Positions 52,198 through 63,989 are shown, numbered from the stretch's first letter. The stretch is DNA of 64,000 bases from Eledone cirrhosa (GCA_964016885.1 OZ024764.1:25978001-26042000); one strand, 5' to 3'. The notes: generated by a model from the letters alone, not told the origin. Numbers and translations are program-made.

Positions 52198-52589
52198 TGA
52201 TAGGAAGGAAGAAATAGAATGGGTACCAACAAAGATATTTATTTCTTTGTTGTTACGAGCCTCCCATTCTTCGCAGTAATCTCAGATAAATCATTGAAAC
52301 TGCAGGTGGCCTGAGATATGATGAATGTATTTTAATATTTGTGACCTCCTCTCACCCATTCTATTTCTTCCTTCCGATCATTTCTTTGAGTCAACTCACA
52401 TGAAGCTACTGACTTCTGTCCTTCGAGGTAATGTTTTACCCAACACAGCCTTGACGGTATTTTGCTGTTTAAACACCGAGTTTTTCCATTTTATATATGT
52501 ATGTAAAGGGTAAACAGAAATAACAACACAATCAGTACAGTATATGGAAGGAATATATTAGGTTAATGCTTGAAATAGCAGGAAGAGGG

Positions 52590-52625
52590 TCTTAACGTTT
52601 CAGATGCTAGTCCTTCATCAGAAGA
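52590..52625 (-). ncRNA. Minimal hammerhead motif
   Basis: Minus: tctt-CTGATGA-aggactagcatct-GAAA-c-GTT-aaga. Stem II is weak; the 4-nt palindrome ACGT could form stem III only in a dimer. Confidence 0.5.
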
Positions 52626-53824
52626 AAGAATGACAAATTAGCTAATTGAAGGGACGGGCAGGATGGAATTGGAAAACATATCTTTGGATAACAGGTCCAT
52701 TCATGTTGACATCTCTTGGAAAACTGTTGATGCTGGCGTTTTGTGTATGATATATTATTTGTTAAAGACTCACATTAATCCCCTATAATTTAATGAGCTC
52801 AAGGATTAGATTCCGGGTTCTTTATAAATCACCATATAGAGAGAAGTACACATAGAGATATGTGTTCAATCATAGGGGATTAAAAACTACCAGAGTGACG
52901 AACATATTAACTATGGAAGTAATGGTGGATACAAATCAATTAAAATAATATATTAAAGTGTAGTAACCATCTATTTATAACTATAACATCCAGACATGCT
53001 CAAATAAGAGTATATTTCGCTATAAAAGGGAAGAATATATATTGTAGATGTAGCTCATCGGCGGATACCTATCAATATGATCAACACTTCTAAAAATATA
53101 TTAGATAACTAAGAAAACACACATGGTATAGAGAAAAGACATGTTTTATAGCCCATGGTGGTGTGAATAGACCAAAAGACCGCTAAAAATATATATGATA
53201 TGATATACGTCTGGAAATATATTTTTATCACATGTATGTTAACATACATATGAAAATTTAGAGCTGACTTAGCTGCTATTTCTAACTTTTTCCACGTTAC
53301 ATATTTTTATTATTTGGCTGCCATTTCTAGCATTTGTATTTACCACACAGACTGAAACGTTTAACAAAGGGGAATAAATCTTTAAAGCCTTCGGTTTTAT
53401 ATTATCTCCCTTTGCCTGTAAAATTTATGATTGTAATCTAGACTAGAGAGCCCCTCACTAAATGTTCTTATAACTTTCTTAATAACTTATTTTGTAATAA
53501 AATTTTGCAGAGAATCGAATTACAGTTTATAGATTAACATTCTGGAACTGAAATTACAATATATCTTTACGTACAAATGTACTAAGGCTAGAAATTGCCA
53601 GGTAGGGTGTACAGTTGTTATCACATTTTATATTTGGTAAAATAAACTATTTTATCATGACAATATAAAGAAACAGGATATAGATTTATTTGGTACTGCT
53701 AGCGTTGTTTATGACATACACATATATATATATATATACATACTTAGTCCTATATATGTATGTGCGTGTATATATATACATACATATATTTATGTTGTTT
53801 ATACACATACATACATACAAATGC

Positions 53825-53858
<34 letters not shown>

Positions 53859-53863
53859 GGAGA

Positions 53864-54992
53864 TTTCTTTATTTGCCACAAGGACGCACAAGAAAAGGGG
53901 ACAATACAAAGACATGCCGGAGATTTTACATACACTGGTGTAAAAAAAACAAAAAAAAAACAATTACAACAATCGAAATCCCCAATAGGAGGAAGCGCCA
54001 CAAATGGGTTGTTTAATACCCCGTAGATAGAACAACCCTCAACTCCAGGAGTATGTTGTGCAAGTGATCCTTTCTTCCTTTTGCTCGCTTCTTTAACCTA
54101 CAGGCTTATAAACAGAGAAGGCCCAATCACTCGGACCATTTTCGCTTCATTCACCCATCTTTCAGTAAATTTACTGGGGTGCAGTACCTCTCTATCTACT
54201 CTGATTCTCCTTCTAAAGTGATACTTAAAGAAGGGAATGAGTTGTTGTCCAGAGAGAAAGGCATCTGTCCTCAGTCCTCTTAATCTCGTCCACCATATAA
54301 CTTCTTTCACCATAGCCACCGTACAGAGGAAAACCGCCTCTCTTTCGTTTTTGAAAGAGGCTGGTGGTTTGATCCTTACTATAGACTCAGCAGTCAACTG
54401 GATTTGTGACATACGCGACAGCAGTTGTTCTGCATAGTTCCACAGGTCGGTTACGCCCGGGCAGTGTACAATTGCGTGCAGGACGGTTTCAATGTCCTGC
54501 GCGCATCTTGGACACGTCCTCTTTGAAGGATCCCTGCCGGGGCGTCCGTGCCTGTAGATCTTGTCACGAACCGGTAGAGCTCCTCGGTAGCACTGCCAGG
54601 CTAGGGACCTCTGGAAGTTGTCCATAGATCCCGGGCGGAAAGTCCTACCAAACAGACTGGTGAGCTCATCGTCTTCGACGCCCAGAGTCTCTCCGAGCAC
54701 GTCGTCACCCTCGTAACGTACAATCCCTCTATAGAATGTCGAAGTGGAGTCTCCACTGATTGCTGTGCCTGCTTGGCAGAGGACTGTGAGCGGCTGAGCG
54801 CATTCAATGTGCCAGGTGCCCATCATTTTCTGTCTTTTCTTGATCCAGGACTGCAGCTCCGTTAGCGAGATGAGCTGCGGGAAAGCCTGTCTCACAAACG
54901 GTGCCCACACCGTTTGGAGGTCGGTGAGGAATACCTGGATATGCCGCAGCTTTAGCGCATGTTTGCGCATCATCAGCCACGGCATTCCCAGC
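53864..54992 (-). mobile_element. 5'-truncated Tx1/L1-clade LINE (ORF2 C-terminus plus 3' UTR)
   Basis: Uninterrupted 295-aa frame 54098-54985 with RSLAWQCYRGALPVRDKI, CCHC knuckle CPRCAQDIETVLHAIVHCP and EVIWWTR. Bounded by (GA)n and (GATA)n. Confidence 0.88.
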
Positions 54993-55026
<34 letters not shown>

Positions 55027-56174
55027 TGTATACTTCGGTTTTGAATTTGTTTTTCAAGATTTTTAACCTGAAAACGGGTTGTAACAGATATTGTTATACT
55101 TTGGGAGGTCATGCTGCCAATAAAAACACACGCACCTGTTGGTTCACTTCAATTTATTAGTATTATTATTTGGCTAGTTTAATAACCAGATAGTTGTTTA
55201 GTTGTTGATTGTCAAAGATCTTTTGCCACACATTCTATCACCTCCTCAGTGACTACTTTTGTAGTTATTTTGTGTCTCTTCTTTTTTTGTACTACGCCAA
55301 CTTGTTTTTGTGAAAATTTGAAATGAAATCCAGCAGCTGTGTGTAGTTTTATTGGCAGCAGGACCCTTCCAATGTATACCAATATGTGTATGTCATCAAC
55401 ATATATATATAATAAGGAAAATGTGAAGTTTGGTGTATATGTTAAAAGTTCCTTTATTAACAAAGCTGTGATACACATTATAATGACAATCATGGTCACA
55501 TGATTGAACAATCATGTGACCACGTGATATCATCAGACAGCAACTTTATGTAATAAGGTTACGTCTGTGAAGCAATCCAAAGACAAGGGAATGGACAGAA
55601 ATGGTAAGGTTTGTAGATGTTTTCAGAAGGATATGATGTGACATTCAAACATTGTCTGGACTGATGCTAAGCCACTGCCTCCCTGTTTATGTTTCAGATA
55701 GAGGTGGTCTATGTTACTGTTGATGTGGAAACTTCCAGAACCAGTTAGAAGTTTTAGGGCTTTAGTATTATGGCTCAGATCTCATCTTCAGTCAAGTAGT
55801 CAATGATTGTTACTATTGTAATTTATTAGTCCCCAAATTTTTCGGACCACCTCCTAGATAATGTCTGGTAAATCCGAAATATTTAGGGACTGCTAAATTA
55901 CTAAGGTAACAATCAGTCATACTGGCCCTTTTATTTTCTAATCCATCTCTCTCAATTCTCTTCTCACTTGTTACCTTGGTAACCCTAAGCCACTTACATT
56001 GAAGGGCTCCCTAAACAGACCCACCTTTCACTTTCATATTCTACAATGTATGAAGGTACATGGCTTTGTGGTTAGGGTATTTGTCTCATAATTCCCAGCA
56101 TTACATTGTGTCCTTGAGCAAGACATTTTATTTCACATTGCTCCAGTCCACTCAGCTGGTAAACATCAGTGGTA

Positions 56175-56386
56175 CAGGGTGGCCCAAAAGTCACACAGGG
56201 GTCGCAACTGTTTATAATTATTTTATTTTATTATTCATAAGTAAAGTAGAGGTGTGACAAGGATTGACAAGTGCAAAATAATTTCCATTATGTCCTTTAA
56301 GTTGTGTCAACATTTCATACATCAATCTGTACAATTCAGGAAGTTAATAAAAACTAAAACCCCTGTATGACTTTTGGGCCACCCTG
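56175..56386. mobile_element. Tc1/mariner-type MITE nested in a CORE-type SINE (about 56052-56452)
   Basis: 27-bp TIR cagggtggcccaaaagtca(c/t)acagggg; TA duplication at 56173-56174 and 56387-56388. Confidence 0.93.
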
Positions 56387-56607
56387 TACCTGTAATTCGA
56401 AAGACCAACTTTGTCACATTCTGTGTCATGCTGAATCTCCCTGAGAACTACGTTATATATATATATATATGTATATGTGTGTGTGTGTGTGTGTGTGTAT
56501 GCGTATATTCATATATATATATATACACACACACATATATATATATATCTTCAGCTGTATACATACATGTATGTGACTTTTCTATATCCAACGATATACA
56601 GTATGTC

Positions 56608-56638
<31 letters not shown>

Positions 56639-56925
56639 CAAATAACGAAACAAAATTAAATTTCGTTTCGCTTCTAACTCACTTTTGTAGGCTGACGCTT
56701 AAACAATTAAGTTAAAAGTGTACATCTAAATATGTATACGGAAATATTAGTATGCATATAAATACACACATGTATACATATGTACATGTACTGAGTTTTT
56801 CACTGGACACTTTACTGTGAGTGTCCAGCTAGTCTGTATGTAACCAAACAGACAAACCGGGTTTTAGAGTCATACGGGTTTTCAAGGAAACACATTTCCT
56901 CTATTCTCCAGAGAGCCAGACAGGA

Positions 56926-56968
56926 ATATTGGACTAGTTTCGATGTTATTACATCTCATCAGCAATAT
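56926..56968 (-). ncRNA. Canonical minimal type I hammerhead ribozyme
   Basis: Minus: atattg-CTGATGA-gatgt-aata-acatc-GAAA-cta-GTC-caatat. Stems I and II are perfect; stem III is the palindrome ACTAGT; predicted cut between 56932 and 56931. Confidence 0.92.
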
Positions 56969-57204
56969 ATACCCATCTTCCGGCTTCTCTAGAGAATCGT
57001 AAAAGCACATATCGTTATGTGGTGATAAAAGATGACTTTGCACAATTGCAACTCTCAAAGACAATGACACAGGATAGAGATCTTCAGATGTATGCAGCAA
57101 TACAGAAGGCCTGCTTTCCAATGTGCACGGACTCAAACATACATCTAGTAGGCCCCTCCTAACCACTATACTCCTTTCCAAACTCCCACACTCCCACTTC
57201 TGTA

Positions 57205-58450
57205 CACACCACCTTTAGACTGTAAAGTGGTAGTGTACAAGTCACAACAAAAGCACCCAGTCCACTCTGTAAAGTTGATGTGTTGGTGTCACAACAAAAG
57301 GCACTCAGTCCACTCTGTAAAGTGGTTGTGTAAGTGTCACAACAAAGACATCCAGTCCACACTGTAAAGTGGTCATGTAGGTGTCACAACAAAAAGTACC
57401 AGTCATTATTGTAAAGTGGTTGTATAGGTGTCATAACAAAAAGCACCGAGTCCACTCTGTTAAGTGGTCATGTAGGTGTCATTACGGTGAGTAACCAGTC
57501 CACACTGTAAAGTAGTCATGTAGGTGTCACAACAAAAAGTACCCAGTCCACACTGTAAAGTGGTTGTGTAGGTGTCATGACAAAAAGCACTCAGTCTACA
57601 TTGTAATGTGGTTGTGTAGGTGTCACAACAAAAAGGACCCAGTCCACTCTGTTAAGTGGTTGTGTAGGTGTCATGACAAAAAGCACACAGTTCACAATGT
57701 AAAGTGGTCATGTAGGTGTCATGATGGAGAGTAACCAGTCCACACTGTAAAGTAGTCATGTAGGTGTCATGATGGAGAGTAACCAGTCCACACTGTAAAG
57801 TAGTCATGTAGGTGTCATGACAAAAAGAACCCAGTCTACACAGTAAAGTGGTCATGTAGGTGACATGACAAAAAGCACCCAGTCCACACTGTAAAGTGGT
57901 CATGTAGGTGTCATGACAAAAAGCACCCAGTCCACACTGTAAAGTGGTCATGTAGGTGTCATGACAAAAAGAACCCAGTCTACATTGTAACGTGATTGTG
58001 TAGGTGTCATGCCAAAAAACCCAGACCACTCTGTAAAGTGGTCATGTAGGTGTCACAAAAAAAACACCCAGTCTACTCTGTAAAGTGGTCATGTAGGTGT
58101 CACAACAAAAAGGACCTAGTCCACTCTGTAAAGTGAAAGTGTAGGTGTCATAACAAAAACACCCAGTCTACACTGTAAAGTGGATGAGTAGGTTTCCCAA
58201 CAAAAAGCACCCAGTCCATTCTGTAAAATGGTTGTGTTGGTGACACAACAAAAAGAACCCAGTCCACTCTGTAAAATGGTCATGTAGGTGTCATGACAAA
58301 AAGCACCCAGTCCACACTGTAAATGAGGGTGGCATTAGGAAGGACATCCAGCTGTAGAATAAGCTAAAATCAGTTTTGTACGAACAAGACATGGTCACCT
58401 GACTTGCCCACAACAGGAATACAAGTCTAACCCATGCTAGTGTGGAATAA
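57205..58450 (+). repeat. ~48-bp tandem array expanded within an RTE/SINE-B-type 3' UTR
   Basis: acaaaaagcacccagtccacactgtaaagtggtcatgtaggtgtcatg, about 23 diverged copies, followed by the tail motif aaatgagggtggcattaggaaggacatccagctgtagaa. Confidence 0.9.
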
Positions 58451-58884
58451 TGTTTTTGACACTGTATATATGCTTCAGTTTCGGCCTGGGCCTGTGGGAA
58501 GTGAGGTTTACTGTATTATTACGTAACACCAGAGATCTTGGTCCTGTGCCATTGAGAGGTGCAATTGGGCAAGGTCAGCTTTTATCGCCTCATCCCAAGT
58601 CTTCCTGGCTCTCCTCGCACCAAGGCTTCCATCAAATCGAGCGCTCTGCACCTATTTATGCAGCTGTCATCCTTCATACACATCACAGATTCATACCAAC
58701 ACAACCTCCTGCACACAACATTTCATTCCTCTTATGCTTAGTCTCTCTTTCAGTTCGTTTATGCTTTGTCTCTCTTTCAGTTCGTTTATGCTTTGGCGTT
58801 CACATATATTACTATTACACATCCATCAGAGGATGCAAGCTCATATACATCACACACACACATATATATATATATATAGGGTGG

Positions 58885-59505
58885 GTAAAATTCCCGAGAT
58901 CCATGGATGAGTTCTCTCCAGCGGTCTCTGTCCCTCATTATCGCTGCCATGTCCTACGTCTCCAACAGACCAGTGTCTGTCCTTAGAGCATCAACATACA
59001 TTAACCTTGGTCTTCCTCTTCCAGTGTGTCCATGTAGGGGCTCCCACAGGAGCACTGAGTGCAATGTCAACTCTGGATGTCGGTGAGCATGTCCAGCTAA
59101 CCTCAGTCTCCTCTGTGTCACTTTTGAGCTGACTTTTGGGAGGCTCCCATACACCTCTGAGTTTTTCATCCTCAGTGTATACTGATTAATGTTCTGAGCC
59201 ATCCTCAGCATTCTCGTGTAGCACCCATCGAGCATCTGAGTGAGTTTCTTGGTCAGTGTCCAAGTCTCAGACCCGTACAGCAGCACAGACTACAGCAACG
59301 AAGAGGCGGATTTTCAGGTCTTTACGAAGGTCCTTCCACACCGATCTCAAGCTGTGGCACGCCACCCAGGTTTTGCTCTTCCTCTCAACCACATCATCTT
59401 CCGTATTCCCAATCTTTGCTTCCAAATACAAGAAGTCCTCAACCAATTCTAGCAGCTTTCTGCCTACATTAGTGATCCCCTCTGGCTTCTCAACATTCTC
59501 TACCA
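58885..59505 (-). mobile_element. RTE/RTEX-like LINE 3' fragment
   Basis: LELVEDFLYL..., LLYGSETWTLTKKLTQMLDGCYTRMLRMA, RRLRLAGHAHRH, GRGRPRLMYVD. Confidence 0.85.
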
Positions 59506-59562
<57 letters not shown>

Positions 59563-59973
59563 TGTATATATATATATATATGTACATATATGTATATATA
59601 TAAATTACACAATAACTAAAGTTAAAAATTAAAAGTTAAAAAGGCACAGAGTGGAATGCATGCAACAGAAATTAGAGAGGCATTAAGGTAGAGTTACTCG
59701 GGAAAAACGAGGACACTAGTAGTACATATGCAAGCGTATAGAGAATATATACATATACATCTATGTATATATAACAAAGAAAGTGTGGTAAGGTGGATTA
59801 TAACGCACCAGAGTACTCAATACTTAGTGTAGTGAATTGGGTGAGTTCGGATCTAACTGTTGAAACGCCTGGAGCTCAGCCATCGGGGTCTTGACGCTGT
59901 TCCTATATATATATATATAAAATAAAGTAATTAAGTCAAATATTTAAGATTTGGCTTCGTTTATTAAAGATGT

Positions 59974-60028
59974 ACTGCTATATATATTTCGGTGACAGCC
60001 ATCATTGGCTGTGACCTCTTCAGGCAGT
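59974..60028 (-). ncRNA. Type I hammerhead ribozyme motif
   Basis: Minus: actgc-CTGAAGA-ggtcacagcc-aatgat-ggctgtcacc-GAAA-tatat-ATA-gcagt. Stem I is 5 bp; stem II pairs 9 of 10. Confidence 0.9.
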
Positions 60029-60360
60029 TCGAATTGGTGTGGTAGAGACAGGTGCACATGTTGTTAAAGTGTTTTACTCCATCAATACTCCGATATGTCC
60101 AGCTCCTGGTTGGGTTGTTATTTTTCTGACAATGTTATGAGGAACTGGAATTATATGAATTCGAACAACCAACATATACTAAATATAAATATAAATATAT
60201 ATATAAATATAAATATATATATATATCAATGATATATATTTATTTTATTTTATAGCTTATTTTAAAGATAGTTTCATTTCAACACATCACCCGGTCTGAG
60301 AATTGAACTCACAACCTTTCGATTGCAAGGACAATGCTCTAACCACTAAACCATGGGCCT

Positions 60361-60419
<59 letters not shown>

Positions 60420-60598
60420 ATTATATATATATATTATATATATATATTATATATATATATTATATATATATATTATATATATATATTATATATATATATT
60501 ATATATATATATTATATATATATATTATATATATATATTATATATATATATTATATATATATATTATACAGATATATATATATATATATATATGTATA

Positions 60599-60640
<42 letters not shown>

Positions 60641-60672
60641 AGATCAAAAGATGGTTAAAGGAGTTCAATATA

Positions 60673-60739
60673 TTTTATTATGCGCATTTCAAAAACAAAC
60701 ATCATCAAACAATAATATTTGTGTTTTCATCAGATAAAA
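60673..60739 (-). ncRNA. Type I hammerhead motif, paralogue of 33855-33925
   Basis: Minus: ttttat-CTGATGA-aaacacaaatattatt..gatgtttgttttt-GAAA-tgcgc-ATA-ataaaa. Host element 60635-62000 matches 33817-34345. Confidence 0.82.
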
Positions 60740-62051
60740 CAGGAGAACATGATATGAAGGCTAAAAAAAACACTTGTTGATAGTGCAGTTTTAAATCAAC
60801 ATATGAAAAGTGGTTTTAGATTGATGTGTGATATTGGGAAAAATATTTTATTTAGAGAGGGGGGGAGAGAAAAGGATGAAAAGGGAAGGAGATGAGAGGG
60901 AGAGATGGGTGATAGAGAGAAAGAGATAGTTTTTATAACAGAGAGGAGATATATTTTATATAGAGGGGTTGAAAACCGTTGGAAGATACTGTATAAATTA
61001 AAAATTTTGAAAATTAACGAAGGGAGGATATGTGCGAGGAAAAAATATATTATATTTAGGGAGGGGTGGGGGTGGAAAGGATGAAAAAAAGGGGAGGAGA
61101 TGAGAGTGAAGGTGGAAAGGGAGAGATGGGTGATAGAGAGAAAGAGATAGTTTTTATAACTGAGAAAAAGATATAATGTTTTAATATAGAGAGGTTGGGA
61201 ACCGTTGGAAGATAATGTATAAATTAAAGGAATTTGAAAATTAACGAAGGGAAATTATGTATGGAGATAGAGAGAAAAAAATAACGAAGGGAGATTATGT
61301 ATGGAGATAGAGAGAAAAAAATAACGAAGGGAGATTATGTATGGAGATAGAGAGAAAAAAATAACGAAGGGAGATTATGTATGGAGATAGAGAGAAAAAA
61401 AAAAATAATAATAATTGTGGGTGAATATTCAAAAGGAGAAATGTAGGAATTTTAAAATTAGCAAAGAGAAAAAGTTTATGTATAGGATTTGAGAAAAATA
61501 ATGTGAAGTTAGAGTTTTTATATTGAATTCATATGTATTAATAATGAGTTCGTTGATGGGGAGAAAAAAATAATAATAAATTAAGGATGAAATTGAGATT
61601 AAAAAGATTTATGATAGAGAGAAAAAATAATAATGATTGCGGATGAATACTCAAAATGTCAAAAACAAATGTTATTGTTTTACGAGGAGATATAATGAGG
61701 GTGATGAGTAAACGGGTGTTATAGAGTGTATAATGCCCTTTAAAGTAAGGTAGATGGGTATATTTTAAAGAATATATGAGTATATATTAAAAAAAATATA
61801 TAATAATAAATTAAGGATGAAATTGAGATTAAACAGATTTATGATAGAGGGAAAAAAAATAATAATGATTGCGGATGAATATTCAAAATGTCAAAAACAA
61901 ATGTTATTGTTTTACGAGAAGATAGGATGAGGTAAATGTAGAGTGCTTCTTATCCGATATCTGCATTGCTTTATTGTACTACAATAAAACTCACCTCCTA
62001 CATATATATATATATATGTATATGATATATATATATATATATATGTATATG

Positions 62052-62083
<32 letters not shown>

Positions 62084-62169
62084 TATATAATATATATATA
62101 TAATATATATATATAATATATATATATAATATATATATATAATATATATATATAATATATATATATAAT

Positions 62170-62214
<45 letters not shown>

Positions 62215-62233
62215 TATATAATATATATATATA

Positions 62234-62535
62234 TGGAGGCCCATGGTTTAGTGGTTAGAGCATTGTCCTTGCAATCGAAAGGTTGTGAGTTCAATTCTCA
62301 GACCGGGTGATGTGTTGTTTCCTTGAGCAAGACACTTTATTTTACATTGCTCCAGTTTACTCAACTGTAGAAATGAGATGATAGGGACTGGGGTCTCTAT
62401 CATTCCACTGCAAAGTGGTCTTGGAGGTGCCATGGCAAAAAAGCACCCATCCAACACTGTAAAGTGGACGTGTAGGCACCCAGCACTCACTGTAAATGAG
62501 GTTGGTGTTAGGAAGGGCATCCAGCTGTAGAAATC
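62234..62535 (+). mobile_element. SINE family B, 3'-truncated
   Basis: ggaggcccatggtttagtggttagagc...ccttgagcaagacac...ggaagggcatccagctgtagaaatc. Confidence 0.88.
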
Positions 62536-62623
62536 ATATATTCATATATATATATATTCATATATATATTCACATATATATATTCATATATATATATATA
62601 TATGAATATATATATATATATAA

Positions 62624-62687
<64 letters not shown>

Positions 62688-62689
<2 letters not shown>

Positions 62690-63947
62690 CTGCTACAGAG
62701 TAAAGGCCCTAGATAGGGGTAACTATAGAGGCATTAAATTAATCGACCAGGTCATGAAGGTCACAGAAAAAGTAATAGCGCAACTAATCAGAGAGAGAAT
62801 TGATCTAGACGAAATGCAGTTCGGGTTTGTGTCAGGTAAAAGTACCACAGACGCCCTTTTCATTGTATGACAACTACAGGAGAAGTACCTAGCTAAAAGT
62901 AAACACCTATACTTAGCTTTTATTGACTTGGAGAAAGCCTTCGACAGAGTTCCCCGTTCCATTATCTGCTGGGCTCTTAGAAAACTCGGTGTTGATGAAT
63001 GGCTTGTGAGAGCTATACAAGCCATGTATAAAGAAACAGTCAGCAAGGTTAGAATTAACAATGAATATAGTGAAGAGTTTAACGTAAAAGTTGGTGTTCA
63101 TCAGGACTCCGCCCTTAGCCCCCTACTATTTATTATTGCCCTTCAGACTATAACAGAGGAGTTCAAGACCGGCTGCCCATGGGAACTCCTATACGCAGAT
63201 GATCTAACGCTCATAGCTGAATCAATGGCTGAACTAGAGAAGAAATTCCAAACATGGAAGCATGGCCTAGAATCAAAAGGCCTTAAAATTAACCTGGCTA
63301 AGACTAAAGTTCTAGTTTGTAGGAAAGAAAATAAGGCGCTGGTCCTTTCCGGGAAATGGCCATGCTCACGTGATGCGCATGAAAGACGACAGCTGTATAA
63401 AAAAGTGCAAGGCAATAAAAATAGACGGTAGCCACGGAGTAGGCAGACCCAGAAAAACCTGGGACGACTTGATAAATTCCGACCTCACACACTTACACCT
63501 CTCCAAGACAATGTCACTGGACCGAAACCTTTGGCGCTACACAGTAATAGAGAAGACCCGCCTTACCTAAGTACAAAGTGAAACCTACTACAGTCAGTAG
63601 GCACCTCTAACAAAATACACCCACGTCCCACTACCCCACCCCATCCACACCACCCCTTTCAATGTAAAGTTATGTTGGTGTCACAACATCCAGCCCGAAA
63701 CAAATGAGGTCGTGTAGGTGTCACGACAAAAAAACACACAGTCCACGCTGTAATGTGGCCGTGTAGGTAACACGGTAAAAACCTCCCAGTTCCACACTGT
63801 AAATGTGGTTGGTGTTAGGAAGGGCATCCAGCCGTAGAAAACCCGCCAGACAGTCCTATACAAGCAAGACAACCACTCTTGCCTCAAGATGGAAAACTCC
63901 CGTCCAAACCCATGCAAGCGTGGAATATGGACGTTAAACGATGATGA

Positions 63948-63950
<3 letters not shown>
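62688..63950 (+). mobile_element. 5'-truncated RTE LINE with internal deletion
   Basis: NYRGIKL, QFGF, FIDLEKAFDRV, VGVHQDSALSPLLF, LLYADDL, GLKINLAKTK. Jumps at about 63365 from GKWPCS to HVMRMKDD...GRPRKTW; 3' UTR and (GAT)n tail present. Confidence 0.95.

Positions 63951-63989
<39 letters not shown>

Noticed and set aside
53000-53070. Minus-strand CCGATGA-gcta...tagc-GAAA
   Set aside because: Stem II is plausible but stems I and III do not pair; at most a decayed relic.
56850-56895. Minus-strand TTGAAAA as a third U3-A8 hammerhead
   Set aside because: No stem II pairing and no GAAA.
60303-62294. YI/IY-, HT- and CV-rich ORFs here and throughout the track
   Set aside because: They are translations of (TA)n, (CA)n and minisatellite tracts.
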